From Eledone cirrhosa (taxonomy: Eukaryota): 64,000 nt of DNA. The stretch is taken from contig OZ024741.1 of the NCBI GenBank assembly GCA_964016885.1, positions 244,032,001-244,096,000 on the forward strand, in the 5' to 3' direction. The notes below the pieces were generated by a model, which was given only the letters and a program-made list of their open reading frames with translations, was not told the DNA's origin and searched no databases. This document shows, piece by piece, positions 1 to 11,400 of this stretch (positions within the stretch are counted from its first letter, which is position 1; each line of letters opens with the position of its first letter). A program made the translations under genes and the position numbers.

Positions 1-196
1 TTAGCATGGGCAGCTTTTCTTGAAAATCACACCACACACAGCAAATGTGTGTCTGCACATGTACCAGTACGTACAGATCGATCCGACCACGGGCGGCCGG
101 CCCACATTCGAAAAGGTTACTCCGCGTGCAAATCGTCATTTTCGGATTCGTTTTCTTCGAAGCACACCATTCGCCGCCGGACTTCAGCTTCCTCAT

Positions 197-392
197 TTAG
201 CATGGGCAGCTTTTCTTGAAAATCACACCACACACAGCAAATGTGTCTCTGCACATGTACTAGTAATTACAGATCGATCCGACCACGGGCCACCGGCCCA
301 CGATCGAAAAGGTAACTCCGGCGGCAAATTCGCATTTTTGTGATTCATTTCTTCGAAGCACACCATTCGCTGGTGGACTTCAGCTTCCTCAT
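197..392 (+). repeat. Example of monomer class A (196 bp), confined to 1-46.1 kb
   Basis: Linked changes TGTCTCTG, GTACTAGT, GGGCCACCGG, TCCGGCGGC, GATTCATTTC and CGCTGGTGG. The last copy seen is at ~45.9-46.1 kb. Confidence 0.9.
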
Positions 393-822
393 TTAGCATG
401 GGCAGCTTTTCTTGAAAATCACACCACACACAGCCAATGAGTGTCTGCACAGGTACCAGTAATTACAGATCGATCCGACCACGGGCGGCCTGCCCACGAT
501 CGAAAAGGTAACTCCGCCGGCAAATCCGCATTTTTGTGATTCGTTTCTTCGAAGCACACCATTCGCCGCCGGACTTCAGCTTCCTCATTTAGCATGGGAA
601 GCTTTTCTTGAAAATCACACCACTCACAGCCAATGAGTCTCTGCACAGGTACCACTAATTACAGATCGATACGACCAGGGGCGGCCTGCCCACGATCGAA
701 AAGGTAACTCCGCCGGCAAATCCGCATTTTTGTGATTCGTTTCTTCGAAGCACACCATTCGCCGCCGGACTTCAGCTTCCTCATTTAGCAGGGGCAGCTT
801 TTCTTAAAAATCACACCACACT

Positions 823-3800
823 CAGCAAATGTGTGTCTGCACATGTACCAGTAATTACAGATCGATCCGACCACGGGCGGCCTGCCCACGATCGAAAAGG
901 TAACTCCGCCGGCAAATTCGCATTTTTGTGATTCGTTTCTTCGAAGCACACCATTCGCTGGTGGACTTCAGCTTCCTCATTTAACATGGGCAGCTTTTCT
1001 TGAAAATCACACCACACACAGCAAATGTGTGTCTGCACATGTACCACTAATTACAGATCGATACGACCACGGGCGGCCTGCCCATGATCGAAAAGGTAAC
1101 TCCGCCGGCAAATCCGCATTTTTGTGATTCGTTTCTTCGAAGCACACCATTCGCCGCCGGACTTCAGCTTCCTCATTTAGCATGGGCAGCTTTTCTTGAA
1201 AATCACACCACACACAGCAAATGTGTCTCTGCACATGTACTAGTAATTACAGATCGATCCGACCACGGGCCACCGGCCCACGATCGAAAAGGTAACTCCG
1301 GCGGCAAATTCGCATTTTTGTGATTCATTTCTTCGAAGCACACCATTCGCTGGTGGACTTCAGCTTCCTCATTTAGCATGGGCAGCTTTTCTTGAAAATC
1401 ACACCACACACAGCCAATGAGTGTCTGCACAGGTACCAGTAATTACAGATCGATCCGACCACGGGCGGCCTGCCCACGATCGAAAAGGTAACTCCGCCGG
1501 CAAATCCGCATTTTTGTGATTCGTTTCTTCGAAGCACACCATTCGCTGGTGGACTTCAGCTTCCTCATTTAACATGGGCAGCTTTTCTTGAAAATCACAC
1601 CACACTCAGCAAATGTGTGTCTGCACATGTACCAGTAATTACAGATCGATCCGACCACGGACGGCTGGCCCAGGATCGAAAAGGTAACTCCGGCGGCAAA
1701 TTCGCATTTTTGTGATTCGTTTCTTCGAAGCACACCATTCGCTGGTGGACTTCAGCTTCCTCATTTAGCATGGGCAGCTTTTCTTGAAAATCACACCACA
1801 CACAGCAATTGTGTGTCTGCACATGTACCAGTACGTACAGATCGATCCGACCACGGGCGGCCGGCCCACATTCGAAAAGGTTACTCCGCCTGCAAATCGT
1901 CATTTTCGGATTCGTTTTCTTCGAAGCACACCATTCGCCGGCGGACTTCAGCTGCCTCATTTAGCATGGGCAGCTTTTCTTGAAAATCACACCACACACA
2001 GCAAATGTGTCTCTGCACATGTACTAGTAATTACAGATCGATCCGACCACGGGCCACCGGCCCACGATCGAAAAGGTAACTCCGGCGGCAAATTCGCATT
2101 TTTGTGATTCATTTCTTCGAAGCACACCATTCGCTGGTGGACTTCAGCTTCCTCATTTAGCATGGGCAGCTTTTTCTTGAAAATCACACCACACACAGCA
2201 AATGTGTGTCTGCACAGGTACCAGTAATTACAGATCGATCCGACCACGGACGGCTGGCCCACGATCGAAAAGGTAACTCCGCCGGCAAATCCTAATTTTT
2301 GTGATTCGTTTCTTCGAAGCACACCATTCGCCGCCGGACTTCAGCTTCCTCATTTAGCATGGGCAGCTTTTCTTGAAAATCACACCACACACAGCAAATG
2401 TGTGTCTGCACATGTACCAGTACGTACAGATCGATCCGACCACGGGCGGCCGGCCCACATTCGAAAAGGTTACTCCGCCTGCAAATCGTCATTTTCGGAT
2501 TCGTTTTCTTCGAAGCACACCATTCGCCGGCGGACTTCAGCTGCCTCATTTAGCATGGGCAGCTTTTTTTGAAAATCACACCACACACAGCAAATGTGTC
2601 TCTGCACATGTACTAGTAATTACAGATCGATCCGACCACGGGCCACCGGCCCACGATCGAAAAGGTAACTCCGGCGGCAAATTCGCATTTTTGTGATTCA
2701 TTTCTTCGAAGCACACCATTCGCTGGTGGACTTCAGCTTCCTCATTTAGCATGGGCAGCTTTTCTTGAAAATCACACCACACACAGCAAATGTGTGTCTG
2801 CACAGGTACCAGTAATTACAGATCGATCCGACCACGGACGGCTGGCCCACGATCGAAAAGGTAACTCCGCCGGCAAATCCTAATTTTTGTGATTCGTTTC
2901 TTCGAAGCACACCATTCGCCGCCGGACTTCAGCTTCCTCATTTAGCATGGGCAGCTTTTCTTGAAAATCACACCACACACAGCCAATGAGTGACTGCACA
3001 TGTACCAGTAATTACAGATCGATCCGACAACGGGCGGCCTGCCTACGATCGAAAAGGTAACTCCGCCGGCAAATTCGCATTTTTGTGATTCGTTTCTTCG
3101 AAGCACACCATTCGCCGCCGGACTTCAGCTTCCTCATTTAGCATGGGCAGCTTTTCTTGAAAATCACACCACTCACAGCAAATGTGTGTCTGCACATGTA
3201 CCAGTAATTACAGATCGATCCGACCACGGGCGGCCTGCCCACGATCGAAAAGGTAACTCCGCCGGCAAATTCGCATTTTTGTGATTCGTTTCTTCGAAGC
3301 ACACCATTCGCTGGTGGACTTCAGCTTCCTCATTTAACATGGGCAGCTTTTCTTGAAAATCACACCACACACAGCAAATGTGTGTCTGCACATGTACCAC
3401 TAATTACAGATCGATACGACCACGGGCGGCCTGCCCATGATCGAAAAGGTAACTCCGCCGGCAAATCCGCATTTTTGTGATTCGTTTCTTCGAAGCACAC
3501 CATTCGCCGCCGGACTTCAGCTTCCTCATTTAGCATGGGCAGCTTTTCTTGAAAATCACACCACACACAGCAAATGTGTCTCTGCACATGTACTAGTAAT
3601 TACAGATCGATCCGACCACGGGCCACCGGCCCACGATCGAAAAGGTAACTCCGGCGGCAAATTCGCATTTTTGTGATTCATTTCTTCGAAGCACACCATT
3701 CGCTGGTGGACTTCAGCTTCCTCATTTAGCATGGGCAGCTTTTCTTGAAAATCACACCACACACAGCCAATGAGTGTCTGCACAGGTACCAGTAATTACA

Positions 3801-5940
3801 GATCGATCCGACCACGGGCGGCCTGCCCACGATCGAAAAGGTAACTCCGCCGGCAAATCCGCATTTTTGTGATTCGTTTCTTCGAAGCACACCATTCGCT
3901 GGTGGACTTCAGCTTCCTCATTTAACATGGGCAGCTTTTCTTGAAAATCACACCACACTCAGCAAATGTGTGTCTGCACATGTACCAGTAATTACAGATC
4001 GATCCGACCACGGACGGCTGGCCCAGGATCGAAAAGGTAACTCCGGCGGCAAATTCGCATTTTTGTGATTCGTTTCTTCGAAGCACACCATTCGCTGGTG
4101 GACTTCAGCTTCCTCATTTAGCATGGGCAGCTTTTCTTGAAAATCACACCACACACAGCAATTGTGTGTCTGCACATGTACCAGTACGTACAGATCGATC
4201 CGACCACGGGCGGCCGGCCCACATTCGAAAAGGTTACTCCGCCTGCAAATCGTCATTTTCGGATTCGTTTTCTTCGAAGCACACCATTCGCCGGCGGACT
4301 TCAGCTGCCTCATTTAGCATGGGCAGCTTTTCTTGAAAATCACACCACACACAGCAAATGTGTCTCTGCACATGTACTAGTAATTACAGATCGATCCGAC
4401 CACGGGCCACCGGCCCACGATCGAAAAGGTAACTCCGGCGGCAAATTCGCATTTTTGTGATTCATTTCTTCGAAGCACACCATTCGCTGGTGGACTTCAG
4501 CTTCCTCATTTAGCATGGGCAGCTTTTTCTTGAAAATCACACCACACACAGCAAATGTGTGTCTGCACAGGTAACAGTAATTACAGATCGATCCGACCAC
4601 GGACGGCTGGCCCACGATCGAAAAGGTAACTCCGCCGGCAAATCCTAATTTTTGTGATTCGTTTCTTCGAAGCACACCATTCGCCGCCGGACTTCAGCTT
4701 CCTCATTTAGCATGGGCAGCTTTTCTTGAAAATCACACCACACACAGCAAATGTGTGTCTGCACATGTACCAGTACGTACAGATCGATCCGACCACGGGC
4801 GGCCGGCCCACATTCGAAAAGGTTACTCCGCCTGCAAATCGTCATTTTCGGATTCGTTTTCTTCGAAGCACACCATTCGCCGGCGGACTTCAGCTGCCTC
4901 ATTTAGCATGGGCAGCTTTTTTTGAAAATCACACCACACACAGCAAATGTGTCTCTGCACATGTACTAGTAATTACAGATCGATCCGACCACGGGCCACC
5001 GGCCCACGATCGAAAAGGTAACTCCGGCGGCAAATTCGCATTTTTGTGATTCATTTCTTCGAAGCACACCATTCGCTGGTGGACTTCAGCTTCCTCATTT
5101 AGCATGGGCAGCTTTTCTTGAAAATCACACCACACACAGCAAATGTGTGTCTGCACAGGTACCAGTAATTACAGATCGATCCGACCACGGACGGCTGGCC
5201 CACGATCGAAAAGGTAACTCCGCCGGCAAATCCTAATTTTTGTGATTCGTTTCTTCGAAGCACACCATTCGCCGCCGGACTTCAGCTTCCTCATTTAGCA
5301 TGGGCAGCTTTTCTTGAAAATCACACCACACACAGCCAATGAGTGACTGCACATGTACCAGTAATTACAGATCGATCCGACAACGGGCGGCCTGCCTACG
5401 ATCGAAAAGGTAACTCCGCCGGCAAATTCGCATTTTTGTGATTCGTTTCTTCGAAGCACACCATTCGCCGCCGGACTTCAGCTTCCTCATTTAGCATGGG
5501 CAGCTTTTCTTGAAAATCACACCACTCACAGCAAATGTGTGTCTGCACATGTACCAGTAATTACAGATCGATCCGACCACGGGCGGCCTGCCCACGATCG
5601 AAAAGGTAACTCCGCCGGCAAATTCGCATTTTTGTGATTCGTTTCTTCGAAGCACACCATTCGCTGGTGGACTTCAGCTTCCTCATTTAACATGGGCAGC
5701 TTTTCTTGAAAATCACACCACACACAGCAAATGTGTGTCTGCACATGTACCACTAATTACAGATCGATACGACCACGGGCGGCCTGCCCACGATCGAAAA
5801 GGTAACTCCGCCGGCAAATCCGCATTTTTGTGATTCGTTTCTTCGAAGCACACCATTCGCCGCCGGACTTCAGCTTCCTCATTTAGCATGGGCAGCTTTT
5901 CTTGAAAATCACACCACACACAGCAAATGTGTCTCTGCAC
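823..5940 (+). repeat. 12-monomer higher-order repeat, period 2353 bp, two full copies plus a partial third
   Basis: Identical ORFs at 1007/3360/5713, 1595/3948 and 2576/4929 are offset by 2353 = 12x196+1. The private +1 T (GCTTTTTCTTG at ~2171 and ~4524) and GCTTTTTTTGAAA (~2562, ~4915) occur once per copy. Boundaries are approximate. Confidence 0.93.
1766..1970 (+). repeat. Example of divergent monomer class B (196 bp), roughly 40 copies in the window
   Basis: Linked diagnostic changes: GTACGTAC, CCCACATTCG, AAGGTTAC, CCGCCTGC, AATCGTCATTTTCGGATTCGTTTTCTTCG, CGCCGGCGG, CAGCTGCC. Confidence 0.93.
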
Positions 5941-7842
5941 AGGTACTAGTAATTACAGATCGATCCGACCACGGGCCACCGGCCCACGATCGAAAAGGTA
6001 ACTCCGGCGGCAAATTCGCATTTTTGTGATTCATTTCTTCGAAGCACACCATTCGCTGGTGGACTTCAGCTTCCTCATTTAGCATGGGCAGCTTTTCTTG
6101 AAAATCACACCACACTCAGCAAATGTGTGTCTGCACATGTACCAGTAATTACAGATCGATCCGACCACGGACGGCTGGCCCAGGATCGAAAAGGTAACTC
6201 CGGCGGCAAATTCGCATTTTTGTGATTCGTTTCTTCGAAGCACACCATTCGCTGGTGGACTTCAGCTTCCTCATTTAGCATGGGCAGCTTTTCTTGAAAA
6301 TCACACCACACACAGCAATTGTGTGTCTGCACATGTACCAGTACGTACAGATCGATCCGACCACGGTCGGCCGGCCCACATTCGAAAAGGTTACTCCGCC
6401 TGCAAATCGTCATTTTCGGATTCGTTTTCTTCGAAGCACACCATTCGCCGGCGGACTTCAGCTGCCTCATTTAGCATGGGCAGCTTTTCTTGAAAATCAC
6501 ACCACACACAGCAAATGTGTGTCTGCACAGGTACCAGTAATTACAGATCGATCCGACCACGGACGGCTGGCCCACGATCGAAAAGGTAACTCCGCCGGCA
6601 AATCCTAATTTTTGTGATTCGTTTCTTCGAAGCACACCATTCGCCGCCGGACTTCAGCTTCCTCATTTAGCATGGGCAGCTTTTCTTGAAAATCACACCA
6701 CTCACAGACTATGAGTCTCTGCACATGTACCACTAATTACAGATCGATCCGACCACGGGCGGCCTGCCTACGATCGAAAAGGTAACTCCGCCGGCAAATT
6801 CGCATTTTTGTGATTCGTTTCTTCGAAGCACACCATTCGCCGCCGGACTTCAGCTTCCTCATTTAGCATGGGCAGCTTTTCTTGAAAATCACACCACACA
6901 CAGCAAATGTGTGTCTGCACAGGTACGAGTAATTACAGATCGATCCGACCACGGGCGGCCGGCCCACGATCGAAAAGGTAACTCCGCCGGCAAATCCGCA
7001 TTTTTGTGATTCGTTTCTTCGAAGCACACAATTCGCCGCCGGACTTCAGCTTCCTCATTTAGCATGGGCAGCTTTTCTTGAAAATCACACCACACACAGC
7101 AAATGTGTGTCTGCACATTTCCCAGTAATTACAGATCGATCCGACCACGGGCGGCCGGCCCACGATCGAAAAGGTAACTCCGCCGGCAAATCCGCATTTT
7201 TGTGATTCGTTTCTTCGAAGCACACCATTCGCCGCCGGACTTCAGCTTCCTCATTTAGCATGGGCAGCTTTTCTTGAAAATCACACCACACACAGCAAAT
7301 GTGTGTCTGCACATGTACCAGTAATTACAGATCGATCCGACAACGGCCGGCCGGCCCACGATCGAAAAGGTAACTCCGCCGGCAAAGTCGCATTTTTGTG
7401 ATTCGTTTCTTCGAAGCACACCATTCGCTGGTGGACTTCAGCTTCCTCATTTAGCATGGGCAACTTTTCTTGAAAATCACACCACACACAGCAAATGTGT
7501 CTCTGCACATGTACTAGTAATTACAGATCGATCCGACCACGGGCCACCGGCCCACGATCGAAAAGGTAACTCCGCCGGCAAATCCGCATTTTTGTGATTC
7601 GTTTCTTCGAAGCACACCATTCGCCGCCGGACTTCAGCTTCCTCATTTAGCATGGGCAGCTTTTCTTGAAAATCACATCACACACAGCAAATGTGTGTCT
7701 GCACATGTACCAGTACGTACAGATCGATCCGACCACGGGCGGCCGGCCCACATTCGAAAAGGTTACTCCGACTGCAAATCGTCATTTTCGGATTCGTTTT
7801 CTTCGAAGCACACCTTTCGCCGGCGGACTTCAGCTGCCTCAT

Positions 7843-8042
7843 TTAACATGGGCAGTTTTTCTTGAAGATCACACCACACACCGCCAATGAGTGTTTGCAC
7901 ATGTACCAGTAATTACAGATCGATCCGACCACGGGCGGCCGGCCCACGATCGAGAAAAAGGTAACTCCGCCGGCAAATAGTCATTTTTGTGATTCGTTTT
8001 CTTCGAAGCACACCATTCGCCGCCGGACTTCAGCTTCCTCAT
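7843..8042 (+). repeat. Example of long monomer class C (200 bp), 23 copies counted
   Basis: GATCGAGAAAAAGG (+3), AAATAGTCATTTTTG and GATTCGTTTTCTTCG (+1), usually preceded by TAACATGGGCAGTTTTTCTTGAAGATC...CACCGCCAATGAGTGTTT. Confidence 0.93.
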
Positions 8043-8460
8043 TTAGCATGGGCAACTTTTCTTGAAAATCACACCACACACAGCAAATGTGTGTCTGCAC
8101 ATTTCCCAGTAATTACAGATCGATCCGACCACGGGCGGCCGGTCCACGATCGAAAAGGTAACTCCGCCGGCAAATCCGCATTTTTGTGATTCGTTTCTTC
8201 GAAGCACACCATTCGCCGCCGGACTTCAGCTTCCTCATTTACCATGGGCAGCTTTTCTTGAAAATCACACCACACACAGCAAATGTGTGTCTGCACATGT
8301 ACCAGTAATTACAGATCGATCCGACAACGGCCGGCCGGCCCACGATCGAAAAGGTAACTCCGCCGGCAAAGTCGCATTTTTGTGATTCGTTTCTTCGAAG
8401 CACACCATTCGCTGGTGGACTTCAGCTTCCTCATTTAGCATGGGCAGCTTTTCTTGAAAA

Positions 8461-11400
8461 TCACACCACACACAGCAAATGTGTCTCTGCACATGTACTA
8501 GTAATTACAGATTGATCCGACCACGGGCCACCGGCCCACGATCGAAAAGGTAACTCCGGCGGCAAATTCGCATTTTTGTGATTCATTTCTTCGAAGCACA
8601 CCATTCGCTGGTGGACTTCAGCTTCCTCATTTAGCATGGGCAGCTTTTCTTGAAAATCACACCACACACAGCAAATGTGTGTCTGCACAGGTACCAGTAA
8701 TTACAGATCGATCCGACCACGGGCGGCCTGCCTACGATCGAAAAGGTAACTCCGCCGGCAAATTCGCATTTTTGTGATTCGTTTCTTCGAAGCACACCAT
8801 TCGCCGCCGGACTTCAGCTTCCTCATTTAGCATAAGCAGCTTTTCTTGAAAATCACACCACTCACAGCCAATGAGTCTCTGCACATGTACCACTAATTAC
8901 AGATCGATACGACCACGGGCGGCCTGCCCACGATCGAAAAGGTAACTCCGCCGGCAAATCCGCATTTTTGTGATTCGTTTCTTCGAAGCACACCATTCGC
9001 CGCCGGACTTCAGCTTCCTCATTTAGCATGGGCAGCTTTTCTTGAAAATCACACCACACACAGCCAATGAGTGGCTGCACATGTACCAGTAATTACCGAT
9101 CGATCCGACCACGGGCGGCCTGCTTACTATCGAAAAGGTAACTCCGCCGGCAAATTCGCATTTTTGTGATTCGTTTCTTCGAAGCACACCATTCGCCGCC
9201 GGACTTCAGCTTCCTCATTTAGCATGGGCAGCTTTTCTTGAAAATCACACCACACACAGCAAATGTGTGTCTGCACATGTACCAGTAATTACAGATCGAT
9301 CCGACAACGGGCGGCCGGCCCACGATCGAAAAGGTAACTCCGCCGGCAAATTCGCATTTTTGTGATTCGTTTCTTCGAAGCACACCATTCGACGCCGGGC
9401 TTCAGCTTCCTCATTTAGCATGGGCAGCTTTTCTTGAAAATCACACCACACACAGCAAATGTGTGTCTGTAAATGTACCAGTACGTACAGATCGATCCGA
9501 CCACGGGCGGCCGGCCCACATTCGAAAAGGTTACTCCGCCTGCAAATCGTCATTTTCGGATTCGTTTTCTTCGAAGCACACCATTCGCCGGCGGACTTCA
9601 GCTGCCTCATTTAGCATGGGCAGCTTTTCTTGAAAATCACACCACACACAGCAACTGTGTCTCTGCACATGTACTAGTAATTACAGATCGATCCGACCAC
9701 GGGCCACCGGCCCACGATCGAAAAGGTAACTCCGGCGGCAAATTCGCATTTTTGTGATTCATTTCTTCGAAGCACACCATTCGCTGGTGGACTTCAGCTT
9801 CCTCATTTAGCATGGGCAGCTTTTCTTGAAAATCACACCACACACAGCAAATGTGTGTCTGCAAAGGTACCAGTAATTACAGATCGATTCGACCACGGAC
9901 GGCTGGCCCAGGATCGAAAAGGTAACTCCGCCGGCAAATCCTAATTTTTGTGATTCGTTTCTTCGAAGCACACCTTTCGCCGCCGGACTTCAGCTTCCTC
10001 ATTTAGCATGGGCAGCTTTTCTTGAAAATCACACCACACACAGCCAATGAGTGTCTGCACATGTACCAGTACGTACAGATCGATCCGACCACGGGCGGCC
10101 TGCCTACGATCGAAAAGGTAACTCCGCCGGCAAATTCGCATTTTTGTGATTCGTTTCTTCGAAGCACACCATTCGCCGCCGGACTTCAGCTTCCTCATTT
10201 AGCATGGGCAGCATTTCTTGAAAATCACACCACACACAGCAAATGAGTGTATGCACATGTACCAGTACGTACAGATCGATCCGACCACGGGCGGCCGGCC
10301 CACGATCGAGAAAAAGGTAACTCCGCCGGCAAATAGTCATTTTTGTGATTCGTTTTCTTCGAAGCACACCATTCGCCGCCGGACTTCAGCTTCCTCATTT
10401 AGCATGGGCAGCTTTTCTTGAAAATCACACCACACACAGCAAATGTGTGTCTGCACATTTCCCAGTAATTACAGATCGATCCGACCACGGGCGGCCGGCC
10501 CACGATCGAAAAGGTAACTCCGCCGGCAAATCCGCATTTTTGTGATTCGTTTCTTCGAAGCACACCATTCGCCGCCGGACTTCAGCTTCCTCATTTAGCA
10601 TGGGCAGTTTTTCTTGAAGATCACACCACACACCGCCAATGAGTGTTTTCACATGTACCAGTAATTACAGATCGATCCGACCACGGGCGGCCGGCCCACG
10701 ATCGAGAAAAAGGTAACTCCGCCGGCAAATAGTCATTTTTGTGATTCGTTTTCTTCGAAGCACACCATTCGCCGCCGGACTTCAGCTTCCTCATTTAGCA
10801 TGGGCAGCTTTTCTTGAAAATCACACCACACACAGAAAATGTGTGTCTGCACAGGTACCAGTAATTACAGATCGATCCGACCACGGGCGGCCTGCTTACG
10901 ATCGAAAAGGTAACTCCGCCGGCAAATTCGCATTTTTGTGATTCGTTTCTTCGAAGCACACCTTTCGCCGCCGGGCTTCAGCTTCCTCATTTAGCATGGG
11001 CAGCTTTTCTTGAAAATCACACCACACACAGCAAATGAGTGTATGCACATGTACCAGTACGTACAGATCGATCTGACCACGGGCGGCCGGCCCACATTCG
11101 AAAAGGTTACTCCGCCTGCAAATCGTCATTTTCGGATTCGTTTTCTTCGAAGCACACCATTCGCCGGCGGACTTCAGCTGCCTCATTTAGCATGGGCAGC
11201 TTTTCTTGAAAATCACACCACACACAGCAACTGTGTCTCTGCACATGTACTAGTAATTACAGATCGATCCGACCACGGGCCACCGGCCCACGATCGAAAA
11301 GGTAACTCCGGCGGCAAATTCGCATTTTTGTGATTCATTTCTTCGAAGCACACCATTCGCTGGTGGACTTCAGCTTCCTCATTTAGCATGGGCAGCTTTT

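Noticed and set aside
28-52. CA/TG microsatellite
   Set aside because: It has only 3-4 dinucleotide units and is invariant in length. It is part of the monomer hairpin, not an independent locus.
76-84. Pol III B-box-like GATCGATCC suggesting tRNA, SINE or 5S origin
   Set aside because: It is only a degenerate 9-mer match, with no A box at a suitable distance, no cloverleaf and no 5S similarity seen.
91-103. G-quadruplex or telomeric repeat in the GC-rich segment
   Set aside because: There are not four closely spaced G3 runs on either strand, and no telomere-type short repeat is present.
1-196. Trypanosoma cruzi 195-bp satellite (similar length and GC content)
   Set aside because: From memory of that sequence, the monomer shows no recognisable similarity, so the length match looks coincidental. 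A BLAST search would settle it.
540-582. Hammerhead ribozyme on the minus strand (CTGAAGT...GAAAC), as in some satellites
   Set aside because: The core needs CUGANGA but reads CUGAAGU, and I could not form a stem II closing onto GAAA or the stems I/III.
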